Assembly: GCA_000166095.1 (NCBI GenBank)
Contig: CP002278.1
Location: forward strand, 90,001-122,000
Reading direction: 5' to 3'
DNA from: Methanothermus fervidus DSM 2088
GTDB lineage: Archaea; Methanobacteriota; Methanobacteria; DSM-2088; Methanothermaceae
Length of the DNA: 32,000 bases
Shown here one piece after another: positions 17,792 through 28,132 of the stretch (position 1 is the first letter of the stretch; the number at the start of each line of letters is the position of its first letter). Position numbers and translations under genes: made by a program. The notes below the pieces were generated by a model. It was not told the origin of the DNA. It saw only the letters and a list, made by a program, of their open reading frames with translations, and did not search any database.

Positions 17792-18835
17792 ATGGAAAAT
17801 TTGTCTAAGAAGATAACTTCAATGATAAATGAAATATCAAGGCCTGTTAAAATAATGCATGTTTGTGGGTCACATGAACATACAATAATGCAGTATGGGA
17901 TACGGTCTCTTTTACCTGATGAAGTTGAAGTTATTGCAGGTCCTGGCTGCCCTGTTTGTTGTGTACCAATTGAGGAAATTGATGAATGTGTAGAACTTGC
18001 AAAGCAAGGAGTAACAGTGACAACTTTTGGCGACATGTTTAGAGTTCCAGGATCTAAAGGATCACTTGCTGACGCAAAAGCTGAAGGAGCTGACGTTAGA
18101 ATTGTTTATGGTATAAATAATGCAGTTGAAATTGCAAAAAATATTGACAATGATGTAGTGTTCATGGCTGTAGGTTTTGAAACTACTGCACCTACCACAG
18201 CTTCAGAAATACTTACAGAGCCCCCTGAAAATTTTTCAATCTTGTGTTGTCATCGTTTAATACCGCCTGTTTTAGATTTTCTTATAAGTTCGGGTGAAGT
18301 TAAATTAGATGGACTTATAGAACCTGGTCATGTTTCTACAATCATCGGTATGGAACCTTATGTACCTATATCTGAAAAATATAAAATACCACAGGTTATT
18401 GCAGGTTTTAATCCACTAGACGTACTTATGGCTGTGTATATGATACTTAAACAAATAAATGAGGGTAGGGCCGAAGTAGAAAATGAATATTCAAGGGTTG
18501 TAAAAAGAGAAGGGAATATAAGGGCACAAAAAGTCATGAAAGAAGTCTTTAAAGTAGTTACAAAAAGTTGGAGAGGATTTCCAAAAGTTCCAAATTCTGT
18601 ACTTGAATTAAAAAAAGAATTTTCTGAATATAATGCAAGAGAAAAATATGATATTGAGGTTGAGAGTAAGGAAGATAAAAGTGGTTGTATTTGTGGTGAA
18701 ATACTTAGAGGAGTTGCTAGACCTGAAGATTGTCCATTATTTAGAAAAGTTTGTACTCCTATGAATCCTATAGGGGCCTGTATGGTATCAAGAGAAGGAA
18801 CTTGTAATATAGCTTATAGGTATGGATCAAAATGA
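17792..18835 (+). CDS. hypD: [NiFe]-hydrogenase maturation protein HypD
   Basis: Motifs HVCGSHEH, GPGCPVCCVP, GFETTAP, PGHVS, C.CGE.LRG and the C-terminal CPLF...C..P.GACMVS.EG.C. Confidence 0.94.
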   Translation: MENLSKKITSMINEISRPVKIMHVCGSHEHTIMQYGIRSLLPDEVEVIAGPGCPVCCVPIEEIDECVELAKQGVTVTTFGDMFRVPGSKGSLADAKAEGADVRIVYGINNAVEIAKNIDNDVVFMAVGFETTAPTTASEILTEPPENFSILCCHRLIPPVLDFLISSGEVKLDGLIEPGHVSTIIGMEPYVPISEKYKIPQVIAGFNPLDVLMAVYMILKQINEGRAEVENEYSRVVKREGNIRAQKVMKEVFKVVTKSWRGFPKVPNSVLELKKEFSEYNAREKYDIEVESKEDKSGCICGEILRGVARPEDCPLFRKVCTPMNPIGACMVSREGTCNIAYRYGSK

Positions 18836-19506
18836 AAATAGAAGCAATAGCTGTAGATATTGATGGAACAATTACAGATACAAAACGTAGACTTTGTATA
18901 GATGCAATAAAGGCCCTTAGAGATGCAGAAAAACTAGGAATAAAAGTAACCCTTGTAACTGGAAATATTTTATGCTATGCATATGCTACATCTACATTAA
19001 TAGGATTATCAGGAGGTGTAGTAGCTGAAAATGGAGGAGTAATTTATGTCAACGATGAAGTAAATGTTCTTGGTGACATAAAAAAAGCTAAAAAAGCATA
19101 TAATTATTTAAAATCTATATACCCTGTTGAAAAAGTACAATTTTCTGAATTAAGGGTCTCAGAAATAGCTATAAAAAGAACAATTCCTGTCGAAATAATT
19201 AAGGATGCATTAAAAGATTTTGATGTTGAGGTATATGATACAAAATTTGCTATACATCTCACAGATCCCAAAGTTGATAAGGGATCATCCTTAAAAATTC
19301 TCACAAAAAAACTTGGTATAGATTTAGAAAAAACAATTGCAATCGGTGACAGTGAAAATGACTTAGAATTTTTAGATGTGGCAGGTGTTAAAGTGGCAGT
19401 AGCAAATGCAAATAAAGAACTTAAAGAAATTGCTGATTATGTGACTAAAAAACCATATGGTAGTGGCGTGGCCGAAGCCATAAAAAAATATGTGACTTTA
19501 TCTTAA
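18832..19506 (+). CDS. Phosphoglycolate phosphatase (archaeal HAD-IIB type)
   Basis: Motifs AVDIDGTIT, VTLVTGN, VAENGG, KGSSL, GDSENDL and VAVANA...ADYVTKKPYG.G resemble the PH1421/TA0175-type PGPase. The start overlaps the hypD stop (ATGA). Confidence 0.78.
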   Translation: MKIEAIAVDIDGTITDTKRRLCIDAIKALRDAEKLGIKVTLVTGNILCYAYATSTLIGLSGGVVAENGGVIYVNDEVNVLGDIKKAKKAYNYLKSIYPVEKVQFSELRVSEIAIKRTIPVEIIKDALKDFDVEVYDTKFAIHLTDPKVDKGSSLKILTKKLGIDLEKTIAIGDSENDLEFLDVAGVKVAVANANKELKEIADYVTKKPYGSGVAEAIKKYVTLS

Positions 19507-19529
19507 CTAACCATTTTTTAGGTGATATC

Positions 19530-20093
19530 ATGAGGATAGGTATATTAGCCCTTCAGGGTGATGTTTCTGAGCATTTTGAAATGACAAAGAAAGCTGTTAA
19601 AAATTTAAAAATTGATGCAGAGGTTGTAAAAGTCAAAACCAAAGAAGAAGTAGAATCTTGTGATGGATTAATTATACCTGGTGGAGAAAGTACTGTAATT
19701 GGTAAACTTATGGAAAAAACCAGTATAAAAGAGACAATATTAAAGAAAAAGATACCAGTAATGGGTACATGCGCAGGTATGATATTGCTGGCAAAGGAAA
19801 CAGATTACCCACAACCATTACTTGGTATAATAGATATGAAGGTTAAGAGAAATGCATTTGGTAGACAGAGAGAATCATTCGAGGAAAAAATAAAAATTTT
19901 AGGTAAAGAAATTACAGGAGTATTTATAAGAGCACCAATAGTTCTTGAAGTTGGACCTGATGTAGAAGTTTTATCAAAGCTTGATGATAAAATAATCGCT
20001 GTTAAACAAGGAAAAAATTTAGCATTAGCATTTCATCCAGAATTAGTTGATACATCAATTCATGAATATTTTATAAAAAATTTAATTAAGTGA
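19530..20093 (+). CDS. pdxT: Pyridoxal 5'-phosphate synthase glutaminase subunit
   Basis: Motifs IGILALQGDV.EH, IPGGEST, GTCAGMILLA, RNAFGRQ..SFE and AFHPEL. RBS is GGTGAT atc ATG. Confidence 0.9.
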   Translation: MRIGILALQGDVSEHFEMTKKAVKNLKIDAEVVKVKTKEEVESCDGLIIPGGESTVIGKLMEKTSIKETILKKKIPVMGTCAGMILLAKETDYPQPLLGIIDMKVKRNAFGRQRESFEEKIKILGKEITGVFIRAPIVLEVGPDVEVLSKLDDKIIAVKQGKNLALAFHPELVDTSIHEYFIKNLIK

Positions 20094-21026
20094 TTATTTT
20101 TTTACAATAAATTTTTTGAAATTATAAGGTTTAAATCCATATTTAGCAAGTATTGTTTTGTCTTTGTTATTTAAATTAGCTTTAGATATGTTAGGCAAAG
20201 GTTTTCCACTTTTAACAAATATTTTTCCACCTTTCATTTGAGCTCCTAAAAATTTGCCCGCATCTCCATTTATTATTAATATTCCATCTTTCATGTCTAT
20301 ACCAGAGAAATCTCCTGTGTTACCATCTATTATTACAGTTCCTCCACTTAGAAGAGCACCAGTATTTTTACCTGCATCTCCTTTAACAATGACCACACCT
20401 TTTTTCATCAATATTCCTGTTGATAAATCCACATCTCCTTTGTGTATTATTTCAGCTTCAACATCTAAACGTGCACCAATGGTATCTCTTATGCGTCCAT
20501 CATTTATTGTTAATCTATTTCCTTTTAATTCAGCGCCTATAAGTTCATCTTCACCTAATCCATTTGTTACAATATCTGTAATTGATCTAAATTTTTTATA
20601 ACCTTTCATATCAGATTTAACTTCAACAAGGTTTCCAATAGGCTCTTTAACTTTTCCTTTTACATAAATAGATCCTCTTAGCATGCTTATTCCCATTCTG
20701 GTATCTACATTTCCATCAACTATTACATTGCCAACATCGATAGCTCCCCCTGTTCCACCAAAATATTTGAGATCAACGCCCATACTAGAACATAATCTAT
20801 GCCCAACATCTCCAATAATTTTAACATCGTTTCCTTTTTTTAGGTGCTCCACAACATCTTTATATCTATACTCTGTTCCAGGAATAGTGTCCTCTGGTTT
20901 AAGATACTTACCTTTATGTTGCCAATAAAAATTATATGTAAAGTCTGCAATACAGTCAACAGGTTCCTCAAGTTCCAATTCTAAAATTTCCTTTTTTCTT
21001 TTTTTCCTTTTAAAAATTTTAAACAA
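20094..21026 (-). CDS. GXGXG-motif beta-helix protein (FwdC / glutamate synthase domain-3 family)
   Basis: Repeated G.D.G...G motifs run through the sequence (IIGDVGHRL, VDGNVDTRMG, VKGDAGKNTG, IDGNTGDFSG, INGDAGKFLG). The track's GTG at 21035 lies inside the RBS GGTGAT (21036-21031). TTG at 21026 (GGTGAT tata TTG) is the more likely start. Confidence 0.7.
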   Translation of the reverse strand: MFKIFKRKKRKKEILELELEEPVDCIADFTYNFYWQHKGKYLKPEDTIPGTEYRYKDVVEHLKKGNDVKIIGDVGHRLCSSMGVDLKYFGGTGGAIDVGNVIVDGNVDTRMGISMLRGSIYVKGKVKEPIGNLVEVKSDMKGYKKFRSITDIVTNGLGEDELIGAELKGNRLTINDGRIRDTIGARLDVEAEIIHKGDVDLSTGILMKKGVVIVKGDAGKNTGALLSGGTVIIDGNTGDFSGIDMKDGILIINGDAGKFLGAQMKGGKIFVKSGKPLPNISKANLNNKDKTILAKYGFKPYNFKKFIVKK

Positions 21027-21052
21027 TATAATCACCTTCTTTTAGAATGTAG

Positions 21053-21104
21053 TCAGATAATTTGAAATCATCATTCGATAATCAGTGGTTGGTTGCATCA
21101 TCAT
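21053..21104 (-). ncRNA. Box C/D sRNA candidate 4
   Basis: Minus strand reads 5'-AUGAUGA(21104-098) ugcaaccaacca CUGA(21085-082) uuaucga AUGAUGA(21074-068) uuucaaauuau CUGA(21056-053)-3'. Total 52 nt, with 12-nt and 11-nt guides. Confidence 0.62.
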
Positions 21105-21105
21105 C

Positions 21106-21267
21106 CTACTTTTCTTCCTTTAATTTTTTCGCATAAGACTTTATTGCAATTTTTATTATTTCTGAATAGGTTAATTTAAGACCAGATTTTTCATAATAAA
21201 ATTTTTTAATTTCATTTAAAGCTTTTATATCTTCATTATTAAATTTACAAACAACTTTCTTTTTCAT
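21106..21267 (-). CDS. Small hypothetical protein, 53 aa, ribbon-helix-helix-like pattern (below the ORF-track size cut-off)
   Basis: My translation is MKKKVVCKFNNEDIKALNEIKKFYYEKSGLKLTYSEIIKIAIKSYAKKLKEEK*. It shows a short beta-strand (VVCKF) followed by two amphipathic helices, as in CopG/Arc RHH proteins. There is no SD. The A/T-rich TATA-like TTTAAAAAA lies about 20 nt upstream, so a leaderless mRNA is possible. Confidence 0.4.
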   Translation of the reverse strand: MKKKVVCKFNNEDIKALNEIKKFYYEKSGLKLTYSEIIKIAIKSYAKKLKEEK

Positions 21268-21374
21268 ACTTTAAATTTACTTTTTTAAATACAAAAAATA
21301 TTTTAATTTTTTTATCTTTAACATAGTAAACAACATTAAATTTTTGATTAATTTAGACTATTTTGGAGATCACT

Positions 21375-22088
21375 ATGAAAATACTTCCTAAAGTTGAAAT
21401 AGTTGATCTCAGTTTAAAAATTGATGATTACATAGTAATAGCAGATTTACATTTGGGATATGAGGAATATTTGCGTAATACTGGGATGTTTATACCTAAC
21501 TTCCAAATAGATTTAATAATCGACAGGATAGAAAGAATAAGAAAAATCACAAAATCAAAAAAACTTATCATAAACGGTGATTTGAAACATGAATTTGGAA
21601 AGTTAAGTTTTCAAGAATCAACAGAATTAGAAAATTTTCTAAAATATGCAAAAGATAAATTTAAGAAAATTGTTTTGGTTAAAGGAAATCATGACCCATT
21701 ACTTCCGTATTTAAATATAGACCTGAAGATTGTTGATAGTATAAAAATAAAAGATTACCTTATAGTTCATGGCCATGAAATACCAGAAAAATTAGCACCA
21801 AATATTATAATAGGACATGAACATCCATGTATAGGTCTCAGACATGGAGGAAGAGTAGAGAAAGTTAAATGTTTTCTTAAATGCAAATTTAAAAATAGGA
21901 ATCTCATTGTAATGCCTTCATTTAATTTTGTTACAGAAGGATCTGATATTCTCCAAAGTAATTTTTTATCACCATTTCTCAAAAAAATTGATGTAGATGA
22001 ATGCAATGTTTATGTTGTTGAAGATTTTGAAGTATTTGAATTTGGTAAAGTTAAAGATATAATAAAATTACAGGCAGATGAACTATGA
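21375..22088 (+). CDS. Metallophosphoesterase (calcineurin-like, SbcD/MPE-related)
   Basis: Motifs ADLHLG, NGDLKHE, VKGNHD, VHGHE and GHEHP are the canonical metallophosphoesterase blocks. The likely start is ATG at 21375; the track uses TTG at 21363. The stop overlaps the Lhr start (ATGA). Confidence 0.8.
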   Translation: MKILPKVEIVDLSLKIDDYIVIADLHLGYEEYLRNTGMFIPNFQIDLIIDRIERIRKITKSKKLIINGDLKHEFGKLSFQESTELENFLKYAKDKFKKIVLVKGNHDPLLPYLNIDLKIVDSIKIKDYLIVHGHEIPEKLAPNIIIGHEHPCIGLRHGGRVEKVKCFLKCKFKNRNLIVMPSFNFVTEGSDILQSNFLSPFLKKIDVDECNVYVVEDFEVFEFGKVKDIIKLQADEL

Positions 22089-24685
22089 TTGTGAAACAAG
22101 AAAGAAAATATTCAGATGCAGAAATTCATAATATACTGCACCCTTGGGTAAGTAAGTGGTTTAAAAAAACATTTAAAACATTTACACAGTCACAAAGATT
22201 AGCTGTACCAGAAATCCATAAGGGAAAAAATGTTTTAGTTTCTTCACCCACAGGATCTGGAAAAACTTTAACTGCATTTTTATCTGTAATAAGTGAATTA
22301 TGTAGGTTATCAGAGCGTGGAAAGTTAAAAGATAAGGTATATTGTATATATATTTCTCCATTGAGAGCTTTAGACAATGATATAGAAAAAAATCTTGAAA
22401 AACCTTTAGAAGAAATTAAAAAAATTGCTAAAAAAGATAATCATGATTTAAATATAAGAAAAGCTGTACGTACTGGTGATACACCACAATCTAAACGGTC
22501 AGCAATGCTTAGAAATCCTCCACATATTTTAATAACTACTCCTGAAACCCTGGCAATATTACTTACAGCTCCTAAATTTCGAAATAAACTTTCTGAAGTT
22601 AAATGGGTTATAGTGGATGAAATACATGCTTTAGCTGAAAATAAAAGAGGAGTACATTTATCTCTTTCTTTAGAAAGACTTCAACAAATAGCAGGGAATT
22701 TCACACGTATAGGATTATCAGCCACTGTGAATCCTTTAAAAGAAATTGCTAAGTTTTTAGTTGGTTATGAAGGTGAAAGATCTAGAGATTGTGTAATCGT
22801 GGATGTGGATTATAGAAAAAAATTAGATATTGAAGTTATATCACCAGTTAAAGACATCGTTGCTGCAGACCCTGAAGAAGTGAACAAATCTCTCTATGAA
22901 AAGCTTGATGAATTGATAAGTCAACATAAAACTACTTTAATCTTTACAAATACAAGAAGTGGAACTGAGGCTATAGTATATAATTTGAAAAAAAGATTTC
23001 CAGAAAAATATTCCGATGAAAATATAATGGCTCACCATTCTTCCCTTTCTAGAGAAGTTAGGCATAAAGTTGAAGAAAAACTTAAGAATGGTGAATTAAA
23101 AGCTGTAGTTTCATCTACATCCCTTGAATTAGGTATTGATATAGGTTACATTGATCTTGTTATTTTAGTCACTTCTCCAAAATCTGTGTCACGTGCACTT
23201 CAAAGGATAGGAAGAAGTGGACATAAGTTACATGAAAAATCTAAAGGCAGAATACTTGTTGTAGATAGGGATGATTTAGTTGAATGTTCATTATTGCTTA
23301 AGAATGCGTTAGAAGGTAAAATTGATAAAATACACATACCTAAAAATTGTCTTGACGTATTAGCTCAGCATATTTATGGTATGGCCATTGAGCATCCATG
23401 GGATATTGATCATGCATTTCATGTAATAAAAAATAGTTATTGTTACAGAAATTTAAGTAAAAAAGATTATATGCGTGTTTTAAAATATTTAGCAGGGGAG
23501 TATTCTGATCTAGAACAAAAAGATGTATATGCAAAAATCTGGTTAAATTATGAAGAAAACAGATTTGGTAGGCGTGGAAAATTAGCAAGAATGTTATATT
23601 CTACAAATGTTGGAACAATTCCTGATACTAGTTCTGTAGTTGTTAAATGTAAAGGAAAAATTGTTGGACGTATTGAAGAAGAATTTATGGAAAGGTTACA
23701 TAAAGGTGACACTTTTGTACTTGGAGGAAAAGTTTACAGATTCAATTATGCAAGAGGAATGACTGTTAATGTAACTCCTGCTGATGCTTTACCCACAATA
23801 CCTTCATGGTTTTCAGAACAACTACCATTGTCTTTTGATTTAGCAATGAAAATTCAATATTTCAGGGCAATGATGGAAACAAAATTTAGGATGGGAAAAA
23901 GTAAAGATGAAATCTTAAATTTCATACAAAAATTTCTATATGTAGATAAAAATGCTGCATATTCAATATATCGCTATTTCCAAGAACAATATCTTTATGC
24001 AGAAATTCCGCATGCAAAAAAATTATTAATAGAATATTATGAAGGTTTTGGTGGTAAAAAATTTGTAATATTCCATAGTTTATTTGGTAGACGTGTTAAT
24101 GAAGCTTTATCGAGGGCAATTGCGTATTTAGTATCAAAAGAATATAAAAAGGATGTAGCAATGTCTATATTAGACAACGGATTTTATTTACGCTCAGATG
24201 GTAAATTAAGGGTTATGAAGGCTCTCAAAAAATTAAAACCAAGTAATTTTAGAGATATATTATTGAAAGCTATTGACAAAACTGAAATATTGGTAAATCG
24301 TTTTAGACATTGTGCTGGGCGATCATTGATGATATTAAGAAGATACAAAGGTAGGGAAAAATCAGTTGGTAGACAACAAGTCAAAAGTAGGATATTGTTG
24401 AAATTTATTAAAAGATTAGACCCCGATTTTCCAATTTTAAAAGAAGCAAAAAGAGAAGTCATAGAAGATTATATGGATGTTAAAAATGCAACAAAAGTTG
24501 TTAAATGGATAAATAATGGTGATATACAAATAAAAGAAATAAATACCAAAATACCATCTCCATTTGCCTTTAACATTGTTGCACAAAGTTATTTAGATGT
24601 ACTAAAATATGATGAAAGAAGAGAATTTATAAAAAGAATGCATCAAGCAATCGTAGAAAAAATTAAATCGAATCAAGATCTTTAA
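22085..24685 (+). CDS. lhr: Lhr-like (Lhr-Core) ATP-dependent SF2 helicase
   Basis: 866 aa. Motifs are [16 protein letters not shown] (DEIH), GLSATV, the HHSSLS..R block, LELGIDIG and RIGRSGH, plus a long C-terminal winged-helix/DEAD-associated region. Confidence 0.9.
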   Translation: MIVKQERKYSDAEIHNILHPWVSKWFKKTFKTFTQSQRLAVPEIHKGKNVLVSSPTGSGKTLTAFLSVISELCRLSERGKLKDKVYCIYISPLRALDNDIEKNLEKPLEEIKKIAKKDNHDLNIRKAVRTGDTPQSKRSAMLRNPPHILITTPETLAILLTAPKFRNKLSEVKWVIVDEIHALAENKRGVHLSLSLERLQQIAGNFTRIGLSATVNPLKEIAKFLVGYEGERSRDCVIVDVDYRKKLDIEVISPVKDIVAADPEEVNKSLYEKLDELISQHKTTLIFTNTRSGTEAIVYNLKKRFPEKYSDENIMAHHSSLSREVRHKVEEKLKNGELKAVVSSTSLELGIDIGYIDLVILVTSPKSVSRALQRIGRSGHKLHEKSKGRILVVDRDDLVECSLLLKNALEGKIDKIHIPKNCLDVLAQHIYGMAIEHPWDIDHAFHVIKNSYCYRNLSKKDYMRVLKYLAGEYSDLEQKDVYAKIWLNYEENRFGRRGKLARMLYSTNVGTIPDTSSVVVKCKGKIVGRIEEEFMERLHKGDTFVLGGKVYRFNYARGMTVNVTPADALPTIPSWFSEQLPLSFDLAMKIQYFRAMMETKFRMGKSKDEILNFIQKFLYVDKNAAYSIYRYFQEQYLYAEIPHAKKLLIEYYEGFGGKKFVIFHSLFGRRVNEALSRAIAYLVSKEYKKDVAMSILDNGFYLRSDGKLRVMKALKKLKPSNFRDILLKAIDKTEILVNRFRHCAGRSLMILRRYKGREKSVGRQQVKSRILLKFIKRLDPDFPILKEAKREVIEDYMDVKNATKVVKWINNGDIQIKEINTKIPSPFAFNIVAQSYLDVLKYDERREFIKRMHQAIVEKIKSNQDL

Positions 24686-25040
24686 AGTATGGTTTTATGT
24701 CTATTATTGGTGATCCATTTAATGCATCTAACCATTTAACAATTAGTTTATTTCCCTCCACTTTTTCTAATTTAACTAAACACATGCCAATTGGATTTGG
24801 TCTGTCTGGAGACCTTGTTGCAAACACTCCTCCTCTTTTAACCACCAAAACATCTCTATTTCCTCTATCCATCCAATAAAGCACGATAAGGTATTTATAT
24901 TTTTCGATGCCTTTTAATCCATCCCTATATTTTTTAAATATTTTTATAATGCTTTTATTTTCACTACGTCTCCCTTGTCTTGGGGCTTCTTTTCTTTTAT
25001 TATATTGAGATTTTACGATGCCTATCGGATATAATTCCAT
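24663..25040 (-). CDS. TsaA/TrmO-family protein (UPF0066; tRNA methyltransferase-like)
   Basis: 125 aa. The IGIVKS...APRQG..., [13 protein letters not shown] and SPIIDIKPY blocks are typical of the TsaA/YaeB domain. Confidence 0.78.
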   Translation of the reverse strand: MELYPIGIVKSQYNKRKEAPRQGRRSENKSIIKIFKKYRDGLKGIEKYKYLIVLYWMDRGNRDVLVVKRGGVFATRSPDRPNPIGMCLVKLEKVEGNKLIVKWLDALNGSPIIDIKPYFKDLDSI

Positions 25041-25070
25041 ACTTTTATATTTTTCTTTTTTACAAATAAT

Positions 25071-26456
25071 ATGTTTATGAAAACCGATGTTGTAATAATT
25101 GGTGCAGGTCCTGCAGGACTTCTTGCAGCTAATGAATTAAGTGATTATTTTAATGTAATTGTCATTGATAAAGGAAAAGACATTGATAAAAGGGTTTGTT
25201 TAGCATTAAAAGATGGTAAATGTAGAAGATGTTCACCATGCAATATAATGAGTGGCATGGGTGGTGCTGGAGGACTATCTGATGGAAAACTAAATTTAGA
25301 TCCTAATATTGGTGGAAATTTGACAGAATTTGTATCAAAAAAAGAGGCTATGGAACTCATAAGAGAAGTGGATGAATTTTTTGTAAAGCATGGTGCTCCA
25401 AAAAAATTATATATCCCCAATGAAGATAAAGCTTTAGAAATTTCAAAAAAAGCTGCAGCTCATGGAATAAAATTTATACCTATTGTACAAAGACATATAG
25501 GGTCTGATAGGACACAAAAAGTCATTAAATCTATTAAAAATGACTTAGAAAGTAGAGGAGTAAAATTTATTTTAGAAACCGAAGTGTTAAAAATTATTTG
25601 TGATAAAAATAAAGTTAAAGGTGTATTAGTAAGAAAAGGAAATAAAAAGTTTGAGATAGAATGTAAGTATTTAATAGCAGCTCCTGGTAGAGGTGGCATG
25701 AGATGGTTTTCAAAAGAATTAAAAAATCTAGGAATACCTGTTAAGCATAATCCTGTTGATATAGGTGTTAGGGTCGAAGTACCACATATCGTTATGGATC
25801 CTGTAACTTCAGTTACTTGGGATCCAAAATTTCATATAATAACAAAAACTTATGATGATTTTGTAAGAACTTTTTGTGTATGCAATAGAGGTTTTGTGGT
25901 AGAAGAAGTTTATGATAATTTTATAGGTGTAAATGGACATTCAATGCAGCATAAAAAATCTGAGAACACTAATTTTGCATTTTTAGTGAATGTTAAACTT
26001 ACAGAACCTATAGAGAATACATCAGCTTATGCATCTTCAATAGCAAGAACTTCAACTACTCTCGGTGGAGGAAAACCTCTTATACAAAGATTGGGTGATC
26101 TGAGAAAAGGCAGAAGGTCTACATGGAAAAGAATAAAAAGGAGTAATGTAAATCCTACTTTGAAACATGTAACACCTGGAGATATAGCCATGGCATATCC
26201 ATATAGGATAATCAAAAATATAATAGAAGGATTAGAAATGCTTGACAATGTTGTTCCAGGCGTGGCATCTGATTCAACATTACTTTATGCACCTGAAATT
26301 AAATTATATGCAATGAGAGTCATGACTGATTCTAAAATGAGAACAAAAATAGAAGGATTATATGCCGTGGGAGATGGTGCTGGAGTATCTAGAGGCATAG
26401 TTGGAGCTGCAGTAACTGGAATAATAGCTGCAAGGTCAATAATAGCTGAAACATGA
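25071..26456 (+). CDS. FAD-dependent oxidoreductase of unknown function (COG2509-like)
   Basis: N-terminal DVVIIGAGPAGL Rossmann motif, Cys cluster C..KDGKCRRCSPC, and C-terminal YAVGDGAG.SRGIV.AA.TG. Confidence 0.72.
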   Translation: MFMKTDVVIIGAGPAGLLAANELSDYFNVIVIDKGKDIDKRVCLALKDGKCRRCSPCNIMSGMGGAGGLSDGKLNLDPNIGGNLTEFVSKKEAMELIREVDEFFVKHGAPKKLYIPNEDKALEISKKAAAHGIKFIPIVQRHIGSDRTQKVIKSIKNDLESRGVKFILETEVLKIICDKNKVKGVLVRKGNKKFEIECKYLIAAPGRGGMRWFSKELKNLGIPVKHNPVDIGVRVEVPHIVMDPVTSVTWDPKFHIITKTYDDFVRTFCVCNRGFVVEEVYDNFIGVNGHSMQHKKSENTNFAFLVNVKLTEPIENTSAYASSIARTSTTLGGGKPLIQRLGDLRKGRRSTWKRIKRSNVNPTLKHVTPGDIAMAYPYRIIKNIIEGLEMLDNVVPGVASDSTLLYAPEIKLYAMRVMTDSKMRTKIEGLYAVGDGAGVSRGIVGAAVTGIIAARSIIAET

Positions 26457-26481
26457 AAGTTAAATTTTTGGAGGATTGGTA

Positions 26482-27006
26482 ATGCCACCTCTTGACAAAA
26501 TATCTAGTTTAAAGGAATATATTCCAATTAAGAGGAAAAAGAAAAAAGAAGGAGCAGGAAACATTGGATTACTGGTCGATGGTCCTAACATGCTTAGAAA
26601 AGAATTTAAGTTGAACTTAGAGCAAGTTAAAGAAATTTTATCTGAGTATGGTAATTTAAAGGTTGGGAAAGTTCTTTTAAATCAATATGCTTCCGATAAA
26701 CTAATTGAGGCAATTTCAAACCAAGGTTTTTCACCTATAGTTGTTGCTGGAGATACTGATGTTTATATGGCCATTGAGGCCATGGAATTAATATATAATC
26801 CTAACATAGATATTATCGCATTAATGACACGTGATGCTGATTTTCTACCCATAATAAACAAGGCAAAAGAAAATGGGAAAGAAACTATAGTAATTGGTGC
26901 TGAACCAGGCTTTAGCGTTGCTTTAAAAAATGCAGCAGACCATACTATTATATTAAGAAGTAAAAAAGAAGGAAATGAAGATGAGGATAGTAAAAACTCA
27001 GGTTGA
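26482..27006 (+). CDS. NYN/LabA-like domain protein (TIGR00288-type, predicted RNase fold)
   Basis: [10 protein letters not shown]...[17 protein letters not shown]....[14 protein letters not shown]...[10 protein letters not shown] fits the PIN-like NYN/LabA pattern with conserved Asp residues. ATG at 26482 follows GGAGGATTGGTA. Confidence 0.68.
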   Translation: MPPLDKISSLKEYIPIKRKKKKEGAGNIGLLVDGPNMLRKEFKLNLEQVKEILSEYGNLKVGKVLLNQYASDKLIEAISNQGFSPIVVAGDTDVYMAIEAMELIYNPNIDIIALMTRDADFLPIINKAKENGKETIVIGAEPGFSVALKNAADHTIILRSKKEGNEDEDSKNSG

Positions 27007-28132
27007 TGAAACCAAAAAAAGAGAAAATGCACTTAGAATCATCAGATCAATGATCAAAAAGAAAGGTAGAGAATCTCTTTTTGACTTAACAGGATTATCA
27101 GGCGGATATCCAATTAAAGAAGAAGATATAAAAATTTTGGAGACATATGTAGGACCTGCAATTTTTGAAGAAAAATTACAAGAACTTGGTAAAAAGCACT
27201 TGGGTGGAGAAAAAGTTTTAGCTTTTAACAGGACCACTAGCGGTATATTAGCAACGATATTAACTTTTGCAAAGGTTGGAACATATGTTGTTCATTACTT
27301 ACCCAAGCCACCATCTCATCCATCAATACCAAAAAGCGTTAAATTAGCTGGAGCAAAATACTTAGAATATTATGATGTAAAAGATTTTCCAGATAATACG
27401 TCTTTGATTATTATAACTGGAGCTACTATGGATTTAGATGTAATGCCAACTGAAAATTTTGAAAAAATTGTTAAAATGTCTGGAGATATACCTGTGTTTG
27501 TTGACGATGCTTCTGGAGCTAGAGTGAGAACAGTATTGTATGGACAACCAACTGCAATTGAATTAGGAGCTGATTTAGTTATAACAAGCACTGATAAATT
27601 AATGAATGGCCCTCGTGGAGGTTTAATGTCAGGTAAAAAAGAATTAATCAATAAAATTAAATCTACTGCCCATCAGTTAGGTTTAGAAGCACAACCACCA
27701 TTAATGGCAGGAATGGTAAGGGCTTTAGAAGAATTTAATCCAAATTTATTAAAAAAATCAATTAAAAGAAAAAGAAAACTTAGGAAATTGCTTGAAAAAG
27801 ACTTTGAGGGAGTTGAAGAAACACCCACTGGTATAAAAATCGAACCTGAATATTTAAAACAAAAAATAAAGACTGACTTAAGTTCAAAGGATTTGGCATT
27901 TTTATTTTCAATGATTTTACTTCGTTCAGGTATTATAACAATCCCTGCAGTAGGAATGCCAGGTGCATCTACTACAATAAGATTAGATTTATCATCAAAG
28001 GATGCAGAGAGAATTAAGTTAGAAGAACTCAAGACGATCTTTTTAGATGCCTTTTCAAAATTGAAAGATATTGTCAAGTCACCTGAAAGATGCAAAGAAA
28101 TAATTTACGGTGCCAAAAATGATCAAAATTGA
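26975..28132 (+). CDS. MJ0158-family PLP-dependent enzyme (SelA-like, function unknown)
   Basis: The block [17 protein letters not shown] resembles the SelA PLP-lysine motif (SGDKLLGGPQAG). The length of about 385 aa fits the archaeal SelA-like MJ0158 family. The start is ATG at 26975 or 26981 and overlaps the NYN gene 3' end. Confidence 0.7.
   Translation: MKMRIVKTQVDETKKRENALRIIRSMIKKKGRESLFDLTGLSGGYPIKEEDIKILETYVGPAIFEEKLQELGKKHLGGEKVLAFNRTTSGILATILTFAKVGTYVVHYLPKPPSHPSIPKSVKLAGAKYLEYYDVKDFPDNTSLIIITGATMDLDVMPTENFEKIVKMSGDIPVFVDDASGARVRTVLYGQPTAIELGADLVITSTDKLMNGPRGGLMSGKKELINKIKSTAHQLGLEAQPPLMAGMVRALEEFNPNLLKKSIKRKRKLRKLLEKDFEGVEETPTGIKIEPEYLKQKIKTDLSSKDLAFLFSMILLRSGIITIPAVGMPGASTTIRLDLSSKDAERIKLEELKTIFLDAFSKLKDIVKSPERCKEIIYGAKNDQN

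Noticed and set aside
26975-28132. The SelA-like gene as evidence for a selenocysteine system
   Set aside because: No in-frame TGA-containing genes, SECIS-like elements, selB/selD or tRNA-Sec are visible in the window. The MJ0158 family is distinct from bona fide Sec synthases.
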